Source: Octopus bimaculoides (taxonomy: Eukaryota). From it: a DNA stretch of 64,000 bases. Below are positions 24,866-36,567 of this stretch, piece by piece. The stretch is taken from NCBI RefSeq assembly GCF_001194135.2, contig NC_068985.1, positions 70,741,601-70,805,600 on the forward strand, given 5' to 3'. Under the pieces are notes generated by a model, which was not told where the DNA came from, ran no database searches, and worked only from the letters and a program-made list of their open reading frames with translations. The position numbers were made by a program, and so were the translations under genes. Position 1 is the first letter of the stretch. Every line of letters starts with the position of its first letter.

Positions 24866-25807
24866 GTGTGTGTGTATATACACATGCCACGTACACGTAG
24901 ACATACACACACACTCCCACACACTCACATACATATATGTATGTTTATATGTGTTTATGGATGTAAACATGTGTCTGTCGGAATATATGCAAGACAGGTA
25001 TTTAGTCCTTTGTCTGATGATGGCTATCCATCTATATTACGTGGTATAATCATTATTTTGTCAACAAGTCTATAATAACGCATGAATTACTGCAATTATA
25101 AGGTTGAATGATGTCTGAACTTGCATTCACTTGTTGAAACCGGATGATAGTTTGTCAGTGAAATTAGAATTTGCTGAAGTAGCAAGCATGTTAAGAGACA
25201 GTCCATCAAACATTAGACCCGGTCAAAAGCTGTCAGCATTAATTGCTGCTATATTTCATATATCAACTATTACGTGTGTGTGTGTGTGTTGGGAAGAGGA
25301 GATATTTTGAAGTGCCTATCTATCCTTATATAGTGTCCTCTGAGATAGCTGCAAGCTTTCAAATAATGAAATACACAGGACATAACGATACATTACAATA
25401 TGAACCAACGTTCACGTTACCTGGTTGTCTATTAAGATATTTACTGAAAAGTTTGCAATTTTTTTAATTTATTGAAAATAGCTTGCAATGAAATCATGAT
25501 TAACGTCATCACTTTTTCTTTCTATAGACGACATTGCATTTCCTCATCAGACATTTTTGCCATCTATCGCATGAAGCTCTGCACGTTATGATTTGACTGT
25601 ATCATTGTTTTCCTCTTTCTTCTCCGTTACCAAGGTACTTATTTCTTCGAAGAACTTATCTTTCATCAAAATTCCATGTCCATATCAGCTGATGTCAGTC
25701 ACTCTCTCCGCCCATAGCCCATTTGCCTCCTGCTAGTACACTGAGCTACATAAGGTTGTTAACATTTCATATTCAAGTATTCATGCCCGGTATGACGTTC
25801 TGCAAAA

Positions 25808-25960
25808 TCTCCATCCTCCTCATGCGGTGTGAACCACTCAGTATCATATTTATTAGGCACATTTCAGCAATTTGTTCATAATATTTGGTGTGATATTTCT
25901 TTCATTCCATTCTGTACGGATTCAAATCCAACCGACGAAAGATTATCACGTCTTTGTTTC
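25808..25960 (+). repeat. Dispersed repeat family C, copy 2
   Basis: Homologous to 21068-21180, with about 40 extra internal bases; B-box-like GGATTCAAATCC. Confidence 0.75.
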
Positions 25961-26539
25961 AACCACAATAAATAGGAACTGAATCGCGTCTAAATTATGC
26001 CTTAATTTCTTAAGATGCTTGCTGGTTCAGGAACACCAACAAAATTTTTCCAGAATCTATCTTATAGACTAATAAAGCCAACCAAAAGTGACCTCTATAT
26101 AGTGAGATAAAAACTACTCAGATATTTTCCTAGTATGAATAAAATAAGGTGATACTATGGAATAACTGCACATTTATCATTTATTGGTTCAAACATTTAA
26201 GCAACAGAAATTATATAAAAGTTTTTGTTTAACATCGTCGAATTTTTACGATATTTAGCCTAAATTTTGCCCCAGAGAATATTAGACTTCAGCACATGAT
26301 ATTTCAGTCGGTGATTCAATGATGATCTCAACTTACTTTCAACGTTGTATGGGCAAAGAAAAATAATGTTAATTCTTTCGATATGTACAATAGAATCTTT
26401 GGAAATATAGCCTTTATACTTTATTTTGTTGAGCAATAAATTCAATTACTATATCTAAAATGCAGTGTATTTCGGGATGAGGTACTAGTTACCACAAAAT
26501 ATGAATGTTCAACAATTGGGTAGATTCACAAATATTTGA

Positions 26540-27480
26540 GACATCGAAAATCTCCACGTAAAAAAATTTCTTTTGAAAAACATTTGCTTTTGACTAATTT
26601 TCGAAAGTTACTCTTGGATCTAAAAAGAAATAAATGCCCACATGAAATCAAATGAAACGCTACAGTACAGAACTAGTTTCAAATCACCGACCTACTATAA
26701 TTAATAATTTAGTGGAAAACTTTTTATAACCGACTAACTAGTAATTCAACAGAAAGAGCTTCCTACAACAAAGTATCACCTCATTACAATGAAGCAGCAA
26801 ATTAAGTGGGTTCTAAGATAAAATTGGTTATATAAATAATATCAAGTTTTCACACACGGAAATGGGAAACGCAAAACCATTTGGCTCACTACTTCATTCA
26901 ATTTCAATGTATGTACACATATTGCTAAACATTAATTTTATGGTTTAAGTAAACACTTCCGACGAATCATGAATATAAAATTATAATACAAATAATACTA
27001 AATTTAGCTTCAACATCACACGTAATTTTGCAATAGACACGGCAAACATCACAGTAAAAGCATTAAATGTCTATTACATACCGCTTATACAATTGTTTTA
27101 GCACTATAAATCGTTAATTAAATAATTCATGACATTTGAAATCGATAGAATATGATACAAAAGAATTTAGAGCAAATATTCAAGTTTCGAAAAATTATAT
27201 TGGGTTAAATGGAAATATATTTAAATGGTTTAATCAGTATCAATTTTCTTTCAGATATTTTGCAAGATATTTGGGTAAAAGTTTGTTAATATACATATGA
27301 TCTTTGTAAAATAACATCACGAACCAAAATAGCTCAAAACACATCGCATTTCAAACCTTATGCACGAGGTAAAAACAGTTACCTTTGCCTCTTAGACAAG
27401 AAACTAATATTTTCCTTTAAAGACGGTTCATCTTAAACAAGCATATTGTCACTAAACAAAATACATCTTAGAATATTTTG
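26540..27480 (+). pseudogene. Penelope-like element remnant (RT thumb/linker plus GIY-YIG endonuclease)
   Basis: RKTIWLTTSFNFNVCTHIAK (from 26870), KHF.TNHEYK, NYIGLNGNIFKWFNQYQFSFRY (YIG at 27196-27204), KPYARGKNSYLCLLDKKLIF; many stops and frameshifts. Confidence 0.75.
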
Positions 27481-27682
27481 AATTGCTTTATAATTGACAA
27501 GACACAATCACAATATATTTATGCAAACTCAAAAATACTTAAATTCAAAATCCAGCTGACATCATCTCAGCTTTCATCCCAACAGGATCGATAATATGAA
27601 GAACCAATCGAGTACTAAGATTGATCTAAAATGCTAACCCAAGCTTTAATTCTGGCGCTTTGTGTAGAAAGGATTATTAATA

Positions 27683-27816
27683 AATTCCACCGATGTCGAC
27701 TTTGCTTTCATCCTTTCAGGGTCGATAAATTAAGTACCATTTACGCCCTGAGGTCGATGTAATCGACTAGCCCCTTTCCTAAAATATCAGGCCTTGTGCC
27801 TATAGTATAAAGGGTT
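27683..27816 (+). mobile_element. Family-B SINE, 5'-truncated
   Basis: gtcgactttgctttcatcctttcagggtcgataaattaagtacc..ggtcgatgtaatcgactagcccc..caggccttgtgcctatag. Confidence 0.8.
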
Positions 27817-27915
27817 ATTTGTGGTGGCTGTACGTCGTATCGGCTCCCGAAGATTTATCAATTTTGCTGAAAACAATTTGTTTAGATGGTCATTTTTCTT
27901 TCTTTTTTTTTATTA

Positions 27916-27953
27916 TGCCAATTAACCACACGCATGCGTGTGGTTAATTGGCA
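27916..27953. repeat. Perfect 38-bp palindrome
   Basis: TGCCAATTAACCACACGCA|TGCGTGTGGTTAATTGGCA. Confidence 0.95.
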
Positions 27954-28109
27954 AAAAGGAGGAAATGCAGTTTTTTACACGTTCTTTACTTAAGCTTTAT
28001 TCTTATTATTCTTATTTTAGTGTATTTTGCCTGAAATTATTCATCAAAACATGACTCACGAGACCTCATTTGCATGGTTTTCCTGAGTCACTATCACACC
28101 CTTGTGCAC

Positions 28110-28262
28110 TAATCCGTCACAAGATTACCCATATACAGCTGAGGGGACTGGAGCAACGTGAAATGAAGTCTTTTGCTCAAGTACACAACACACTATTGGT
28201 CTAGGAATCAAAACCACAGTCTCTCGATTTTGTGTGCAACACCCTAACCATGCACCTACACA
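28110..28262 (-). mobile_element. Family-F tRNA-derived SINE fragment
   Basis: Minus strand: tggttagggtgttgca..gtggttttgattcctagacc..tgtgtacttgagcaaaagacttcatttcacgttgctccagtcc. Confidence 0.6.
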
Positions 28263-29010
28263 AGCGACAACTGCATTAGCAGCAACAGCGATAGGAGGAA
28301 CAACAACATCAGCAGCAGCGACAGCAGCAACAAAAGACAGCAGCGAAACCAACGCCAAAAATATAACAACAGCAGCAGCAACAACAGATCGGATAGTTGC
28401 TAGTAGGTTCGCGGTATCAGGGAGCATCGAAGTAGATGGCTGCGTAGAAAGTACTTTTATTTCCACACTATTTATTGACCAAACATATTTATTGACCCAA
28501 AATATTTATTTTTTGTGTGCCAGTAAAATGTAGATATTTATCTCTTTTCGATATTCTGACGCCAGCATTTTACAAACCCTTCACAAGTACTACGAAACGT
28601 TTCATCTCACATGATACAATACTGCACTAATTTTGTCTTTAACTTGCAGTGTGGGTTTGGAAACTATAGATGTTGTCCGTTTGATCTACTCATTAATGAT
28701 TTAAAGTCTACTTTTTCTACTCCTTTAATCTCTTAGTTTTGTTTTTGTGAATTTATTTCCTAAGATAATGTGCTCGATTGGTTTTAGGTGTAGGGTCGAC
28801 AAACGATGTGTTATAGGACTTGATGTCGTGCCATGATCCTAGTGTCTCCTACTTTCTCGCGGTTTTTAAAAATTTCTTTACAAATTTATCCAGTATACGA
28901 GGATCCTTCATTTGAATCATTGTTGATAACCGTCTCAAATTGTCTTCTGTTGACTCATCTGTATCCCTGATTTGTGTGTGTATGTGTGGGTGTGTGTGTG
29001 TGTGTATGTG

Positions 29011-29041
<31 letters not shown>

Positions 29042-29092
29042 TTGTGTGTATGTGTTTGTGTGTGTGTGTGTTTGTNNNNNNNNNNNNNNNNN

Positions 29093-29129
<37 letters not shown>

Positions 29130-29176
29130 TGAGTGAGTGAGTGGAAAGAGACAGACAGACAGTCTGAGAGGAAAAG

Positions 29177-29207
<31 letters not shown>

Positions 29208-29749
29208 ACTGAAAAACAGAAAGAGTCGGAGCTGAAAATTAGCTACGAATAGCCCAGAAGTTTTCGAAATAAAGACATATTCGGTTTAATAGAACATCTG
29301 CAACAATTATTTAACGTAATATCTTCTTTAAAAAAGAAATACTTTAATTCTTAATATAATTTGAAAAATTAGTCGAAGCGGGAGTGTCAGAAATAAATCA
29401 CACATGGAAAAAGTTATTTTAAAAAGTATGGAAATTTGAATCCTCGAAGTTAAATTCACACATCCAAATATCGGAAATGCAATATATGCAGTGATTAAAA
29501 AGTTAGTATGACTCACAGCTTTATGAAGTAGATCTATAGAGATAACAGTTTCAGTATTTCTAAAAAAAAAATTGGTCTTACCTACATAAAATTAGCCTTA
29601 AACAAAGTAGCATTCTTTAAGATGTAGCCCAGAAAATGCTTTGTCTTTGCCACTAGAATCTATGTAACATGGCAAACATTTTCTGTATTCTGGAAACTAA
29701 AGTTTCCAAATGGGTACATCTGCTGGATTTTCGATATAACTGCATCTCG

Positions 29750-29875
29750 CCTGAAAGTTGTGGGGAGGAGGATAGTCGATTATATCATTGACTTCAGTGG
29801 AGAAGTTTAAGAGGGACGAAATACCGCTAAGCATTTCGTCCGGTGAACTGATGATTCTGCTAAACACGCCGTCTT
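29750..29875 (-). mobile_element. Family-B SINE with internal deletion
   Basis: ggggaggaggatagtcgattat joined to ggacgaaataccgctaagcatttcgtccgg..gattctgc. Confidence 0.7.
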
Positions 29876-29920
29876 CATAATAATAACAACAGCAACAACA
29901 TCAACAACAGCAACAACAAC

Positions 29921-30476
29921 GGGCTACAGAAAGTATTCTGCTCAATACCATAGATCTGCTTGTCAGTTGTTTGACCTTAACCAGTTGAGCATGTGCCTTA
30001 GTAGCTGACGATATGTGCTTCTCTGTTCACGAGCAGAAGTAGTGGAGGAGCATCATAGCCATGTGTTGAGAGGAATTCTTTGACGTTTGGATAATTCACC
30101 TCTGGAAACATGGGTGTTTAGTTCAACATCCTTAAACAACAGTTATTCAGGGACCTTTTGAGCGGGATGGGCTACTCGATCTGAAGAAAATTCTAACTGG
30201 GCCCCACNNNNNNNNNNNNNNNNNNNNNNNNNNNNNNNNNNNNNNNNNNNNNNNNNNNNNNNNNNNNNNNNNNNNNNNNNNNNNNNNNNNNNNNNNNNNN
30301 NNNNNNNNNNNNNNNNNNNNNNNNNNNNNNNNNNNNNNNNATATGTGGTCACCATGTCATGCACATATGGTTGTGGTGCATGTGCCCGGTGTACACTTAT
30401 CAGACAGGTGGTCATGATGGGTATATTGGGCTTTGTATATTTTGCTCCAGTGTATGTCACTTGGATGGCATGCACT

Positions 30477-30533
<57 letters not shown>

Positions 30534-30550
30534 AATAATAATAATAATAA
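29921..30550 (+). mobile_element. Family-E repeat, probably a LINE 3' UTR ending in (AAT)n; spans gap 30208-30340
   Basis: 29921-30207 is the reverse complement of 32995-33262. Continuity across the gap and the LINE-UTR identity are inferred. Confidence 0.6.
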
Positions 30551-30763
30551 TTTCAAATTTTGGTGCAAGACCAGCAAGTTTGGGGTAGGGGATTAAGTCG
30601 ATTGCATCAACCCCAGTGCGTAACTGGTACTTATTTCATCAACCCCGAAAAGTTGAAAGGCAAAGTCGACCTCAGCGGAATTTGACGTCAGAAGGTAAAG
30701 ATGGACGAAATGCCACTAAGCATTTTTTCCGGCAATCTAACGACTCTGTCAACTCGCTGCCTT
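30551..30763 (-). mobile_element. Full-length family-B SINE
   Basis: gattaagtcgattgcatcaaccccagtg..ggtacttatttcatcaaccccgaaa..ggcaaagtcgacctc..ctcgctgcctt. Confidence 0.85.
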
Positions 30764-30899
30764 AATAATGGTAAAAATGATAATGGTAAAATGATAATGG
30801 TAAAATGATAATGGTAAAAAATGATAATAATAACAATAATAATAATAATAATAATAATAACAATAATAATAATAATAATAATAATGGTGATTTTGCTTA

Positions 30900-31400
30900 T
30901 ACTCAACTTCTCTTCCTTAGCCCTCCCAAATTTTAGTGATTTCCTTTCTTTGTGTGCTCTCCTGTTGTTGTCCAAATTCCATTTCTTCTAATCTACCTTT
31001 GTGTTTTTCTTTCTTTACTTTACCCAGTTTCCATTGGTTCAGCTCACTTACACCGTTCCTTAGATAAGGCTGCTAATCTTCATTAGCAACTACCTTTTCT
31101 ATCACCGTACTTGCTCGTCCTGCTTTTGACTTTGCCCCCCCCCCTCAAAATTCTCAAAGTGTCAGCATCAACATGAAGCCCAATAATATCAATGCGTTGA
31201 TATATTTAATGCTTTTACAGATAACCTCATCAATCACACTATTGACTTTTGATGTTTTTTTCTAACCTTAGTACGCCTCCTCCACGTCCTCAAATTCAGT
31301 GACTCTAACTCCTCAAGCTCTATCAGCTTCTATCTCAGTTTTTCAAGGAATTCTAGTTGAATATCATGAAAGGTTGTCCACACCAAATTACCTTGCTTCA
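30900..31400 (-). pseudogene. Probable pre-RT region of an R4/Dong-type ORF
   Basis: LRNGVSELNQWKLGKVKKEKHKGRLEE and KVNSVIDEVICKSIKYINALI resemble the basic region upstream of RT in this clade (recognised from memory). Confidence 0.5.
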
Positions 31401-31559
31401 AATGTGAGAGTAGCATACTCCTGATTTGCCACGATAGTTACATTCTCCAGATTCTCTGAACAATTATCGTTTATCATGTGACTTTCATCTGTCAGTTCTT
31501 AATAATTCTGAGTTGCTCTCCCTCTATATTATTCAATTTCTAAGTCAAAGAGGTATTTT

Positions 31560-32215
31560 CGATTCGTTTTGTTTGTAATAGCACTGACCCTTTATCAATT
31601 ATTCTAAACAAAGCTAAAGAAGGATATTCACTAAACTAGAATAGGGGAACGCAAATTATCTCCTTTTCATACACATTTTAAAGCTTTATGGCAAAGACAA
31701 GAATCGACTGGATTCTTTGGTGCGAACAGTAAGGCTATTTAGTAGTGACATTTGGATGACATGCAGTATCGAGAAATGAGCTATAATGGAGATGAAGCAT
31801 GGAAAAAAATCAATCGTAAAATGTGCCTGAATGGATGTACCTGATGGTGAGAATATAAAATCTTTAAGTGTAGAAACGGCATATAAGCATCTTGAAATAC
31901 TGGAAAGTGACAAAATGAAAAGTATTGAAACGAAGAAAGTCATCAGTAAAGTATATTTTCTTAGAATTAAGAAGCTTTTGAAACCAAAAGTGAATACCAG
32001 AAATAGCACACAAGCAATCAACCTGATGACAGAATCACTAATAACATATCATCGAGGAAAGAAAATTAACGAATATCGACTGGTAGACGAGGAAACAGCT
32101 AACTATGCATAGAGACATGTTCCCCGATCAGATGTGAACTGCTTTACAATAAAATAATGGATGGAGGAAAGGAATTAATGAACGTTGAAAATGCAGTAGA
32201 ACTAGAGAACACAGA
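31560..32215 (+). pseudogene. R4/Dong-type RT fragment (domain 5 to thumb)
   Basis: FVIALTPLSIILNKAKEGY, NYLLFIHILKLYGKDKNRLDSLVRTVRLFSSDIWM, AYKHLEILESD, LYNKIMDGGKELMNVENAVELEN. Confidence 0.8.
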
Positions 32216-32221
32216 ATACAT

Positions 32222-32990
32222 TCTATAGTAATCCTCCGCCGCATTCCTGTCTTAGTAGGTAGAGTCTGTGACTATTGGTTTTAGGACGGACAGCGTTATG
32301 CATTGTGAGTAGCTTTCTTGTTGTTCTATCCAAGTTCTGTAGCTCGATCTTTGTCCATTTCAGAACGGGAGTAGAGTATCTCAATGCAGGCTTCTATTTA
32401 TAACCTTTACGATATTTCCTCCATTTAATTTTGTTTCGAGTACCATCTTAATTCTCCTCTTGTACTATTTATTGACTTTCTCATTTCTCCTTCTATTTTC
32501 CTACTGTCTTGCAGCACTCCTTGATATGTGTACCCCTCTTTATACCACAGCAATCTAATTATGTTGTCTTGTGGTAATTTTATCCCATCAGAGTTTAACT
32601 TCCGGCTTCTCTTCATAGTTAGTACTGCGCACTTATTTACCCAAAGCTGCATCCCAGTATCTTTACTGAATATTCTCACTATTTGAACCAGAGAGTTTAG
32701 ACGTGTTTCACTTATTGTATATAGCTTGAAGTCATCAGTATAAAGTAGGTAATTTATTTTCATCTTGAAGTTTGGTAAATTCATAGGCAGGCCTTGATTT
32801 TTAGTATACTTGTCAGAGAGATTAATGCGATGACGAAGAGCAATGGTGAGGGCGAGTCTACCTGGAAAATGCCTTTGCATACCTTCACGTTGCCCAGTAA
32901 TTCATTTGCATGTCAGTTCTACTTCACATGCTCTCTTTGCTTTCTCCAAAAAGTTATCCTCTCATTAACACCGAGCAGCTTCTGACAATC
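32222..32990 (-). pseudogene. R4/Dong-type RT fragment (domain 4 to thumb)
   Basis: GIFQVDSPSPLLFVIALI, INYLLYTDDFKLY, IFSKDTGMQLWVNKCAVLTMKR, RLYLLRQECGGGLL. Confidence 0.9.
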
Positions 32991-32994
32991 CAAG

Positions 32995-33297
32995 AGCCAG
33001 TTGCGTTTGAGTAGCCCATTCCTTTCAAACGGTCCTTGAATACGGTTTGTTTAAAGATGATTAATGAAACACCCATGTTTCCAGAGGTGAATTATCCAAA
33101 CGCCAAAGAATTCCTCTCAACACATGGCTATGATGCTCCCCACTACTTCTGCTCATGATCAGAGATGCACGTATCGTCAGCCACCAAGGGACATGCTCAA
33201 CTGGTTAAGGTCAAGCAACTGACAAGCAAATCTGCGGTATTGAGCAGAATATGCTGTAGCCCAACTTTTATACCAAGACAAAACAATCTACATGATA
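32995..33297 (-). mobile_element. Family-E repeat, second copy
   Basis: Close reverse complement of 29921-30190. Confidence 0.8.
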
Positions 33298-33579
33298 NNN
33301 NNNNNNNNNNNNNNNNNNNNNNNNNNNNNNNNNNNNNNNNNNNNNNNNNNNNNNNNNNNNNNNNNNNNNNNNNNNNNNNNNNNNNNNNNNNNNNNNNNNN
33401 NNNNNNNNNNNNNNNNNNNNNNNNNNNNNNNNNNNNNNNNNNNNNNNNNNNNNNNNNNNNNNNNNNNNNNNNNNNNNNNNNNNNNNNNNNNNNNNNNNNN
33501 NNNNNNNNNNNNNNNNNNNNNNNNNNNNNNNNNNNNNNNNNNNNNNNNNNNNNNNNNNNNNNNNNNNNNNNNNNNNNNN

Positions 33580-33580
<1 letters not shown>

Positions 33581-33653
<73 letters not shown>

Positions 33654-34445
33654 TTCCTTGTGCAGCTTCTAACACTGAAGATGTACTACGGTGTCAGCTG
33701 TTCACTTCCAGTGAACTAAGGTAACACCCCTTATTTTTCGAGAGATCTTCATTTTCCTTTACTGTGATGTTTCTATCAGTAGACACTAAAATATCATGTT
33801 TTTGGTCTTTTGACTTTGATGATAGTATCTGGTCTGTTAACATTTATTTGCCTGTCTGTCTGTATTCTAGCACACTTATCAAGGCCAAACCATCCCGATG
33901 TCATTGCTGAACTCGTTAACAGTCATTAATAGCCCTACTAGCTCTTCGTCATTTCTAACATACACCTTCAGATCGTCCATATAAAACAGATGATTTACTG
34001 TAATATAATACACCTTGAACCCATACCTAGTGTTACTCAATTCGTTTGAGAGTGAGATCAGTATCATGCAAAATAGTAATGTAGAGAGGGAGTCACTTTG
34101 AAAGATGCTTCGTTTGATGTTGTTAGATTGGCTCATCTCATTACTATGGTTTAGAAGGTGATGTGTATTCTACTTAATCATGCTCACTTGTAAGAATTTG
34201 GAGACGACAGAAGAGATCCTGGATATATCATGGGCCTTGAGTAGCCAACTATGAGGGACACTATCAAACGCTTTCCTGTAGTCTATCCATGCCATACTCA
34301 GGTACTTCTTATTGCTATGGCAATTCTCTACAATCATTTTATTGATGCGTAATTGATCTTTGCATCCATAAGAATTCCTTTTACAACCTTTTTGAGCTTG
34401 TGGAAGGATAGAGTTCTGTTCCAATTTCTGAATTGAATACAATCA
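33581..34445 (-). mobile_element. Internally deleted R4/Dong-type element with (TAA)n tail
   Basis: AWIDYRKAFDSVPHSWL, SIFQSDSLSTLLF, NHLFYMDDLKVY; then DKCAR fused to IQTDRQINVNRPDTIIK (RLE); then a short UTR stem-loop and (TAA)n at 33581-33652. Confidence 0.9.
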
Positions 34446-36520
34446 ACTTGCTCCTTCCCTCAAGACTGCTGATATTGTACGAAATGTTTTAGAAAATTAT
34501 CATTGTTAATGCGATCGTCAAAAGAAGACATCACTATGGTGCTCATATATTGTCGCTAAATATTGTTGTTTTGGAGAAAGTAGTTTTTATTTCTGCATTA
34601 CTATTCTGTTATTAAGCATTTTCTTGGGCTAGGTGAAATTTTTGCCCCTTCATAGAGAATTTTGAGTTGTTTTCCTGGTGAAGTTGCATATATGAACATT
34701 AAAACAATATAGCTGTTCCAACACCCAATATCCATTTCTAGCAACAATCTTTCAACTGAGAATGTATGAGTAACGATAAAAATAGCAACAGCAACTCCGT
34801 GGGAAAAAAGACAACTGAAAAGCCATGTTAGATCAACACGGATACTAGCAATATTGCCAACAATAAGGCCGACCGAAACAACTATAGCACAAATAATACA
34901 TTAAAATAACAACGACAAAAATGAACAAAAAATGCATAAAAAATAAAGCCAATCTTCGTTTCAACATACCTGAAACTCGACATCCACCAGCACCACCATT
35001 ATTAGGGTGAATAGAAATAAAAATCAAGACACCACAATTAACAAATTTGAAGTTATCAGGTTCACAAACGCTCTGCACTGGGATGATAATTAAATAAACG
35101 TCTCAGGAAACAAAAATGAAATGCTATCTCTTTACCAGGCCTGACCGAAACGTAGATTTAAACATTCCAGAATCCATCCGGCAAGAGATAAATATGAAAA
35201 CTGCAACTTATAAAAAGATAGAAAGAAAAAAGATGGGAAAAAACAACAACAAATTGTAATGAACCTCATCCTCATATGGGGCGCCAGAACGGATGGGAGG
35301 ATATATACCGGATAGAAGATGTGTGCTGGAAGCACTCCATAACAACATTAAACTGATTCTCATACCGTCCTAACTCGACTGTAGAGTATAAGAATACATG
35401 TTCTGAATGTGATCCGAAAGTAAACATCTGTTTGGTGACAGTGGCTCTCTTCGAAATAAAGAAGAAAACACAATATTCTGCGGATACAAAGGATGCAGAA
35501 ATAAAATAGATCAGGCCAAAGGATGGAGCTATTGCTCCAAAGAAATCAAGAGAGTATGGAACCTATCTCGAGTCTGCATCTCGGATCTGATCAGTCTGTC
35601 AGGCTGCACAAAACTACGTGGTCATTGAGAGCAGAGAGATAAGATTTCACTTGTTTGGTGATACAAACCTTCCATAAGCATTCTGTTTACATCAAAGGTG
35701 GAGAGAAGAAAGAATACTGCTTCTACCGACATCATCACGAAAACAGCAAAAGCACAAACAGCAACAAAACCAGCAGCAGGGTGCAACCACAACAGCAACA
35801 ACGACAGCAACTGCAACACTCAAATAACCAGCCGCGAAGTAGCAATGGCAGCAACACCAATAGCAGCGGCAGCAGCAGCAGAAGCAAAAACGGTACCAAC
35901 CGTGGAGACACTAAAGGAAACACCAACCCCACATATTTCAAGTGGCGAAGGTGGCGGAGAAGAAAGCATATAGCAAAAGGTAACATACAAGAAACATAAA
36001 GCGGAAAAGAGGGACAACACATCAACTGGAAAGGCTGGGAGATTGAAAGGAACAGAAGAAACATCTTCCAACAACGATACTATCTCCAATAATATCAGTA
36101 CTACCAGCTACAATCATTATCACTGTCTCCAACATTACAATCACCACCGGCAAATACCGGCAAAACCATTATACACACAAACGGAGGAAAATCGTTCAGA
36201 AACAATATAAATTATACTGCCATAAATACAAACAATAGAGAGTTAATGAAATATAGACATCAACACAGAGACATAACTCAGAATAATTTCATAACACACC
36301 AGCACATAAAAATCATTCGAATATCTCAAAACGTAGAGAGCGCTATAACAAAAAATCAGCAAATACCCCCAACAGAGTATTAGATATCAAAGTGAATATC
36401 AATAATATACTTTATAGGGAACTGCTTGTAGAAATACGTAATTAGCCGGAGTATTGAAACCTGTACTTCAATAGGAATACGGTAAGTCATCTTTTTTCAC
36501 GTTCCTCATTCTGTCAAATG

Positions 36521-36567
36521 TTTACAGTGCCTATTCTGAGTAAGGCACTCAGAATAGGCAATGTAAA
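36521..36567. repeat. Hairpin with a perfect 14-bp stem and 6-bp extension
   Basis: TTTACA-G-TGCCTATTCTGAGT-AAGGC-ACTCAGAATAGGCA-A-TGTAAA. Confidence 0.9.

Noticed and set aside
28125-28533. Ala/Thr-rich ORFs
   Set aside because: Derived from (GCA/ACA)n low complexity plus a SINE.
35100-36090. Possible LTR-RT-like text and Gln/Ser/Ala-rich ORFs
   Set aside because: No YxDD or other diagnostic motif; the ORFs come from CAG/CAA repeats.
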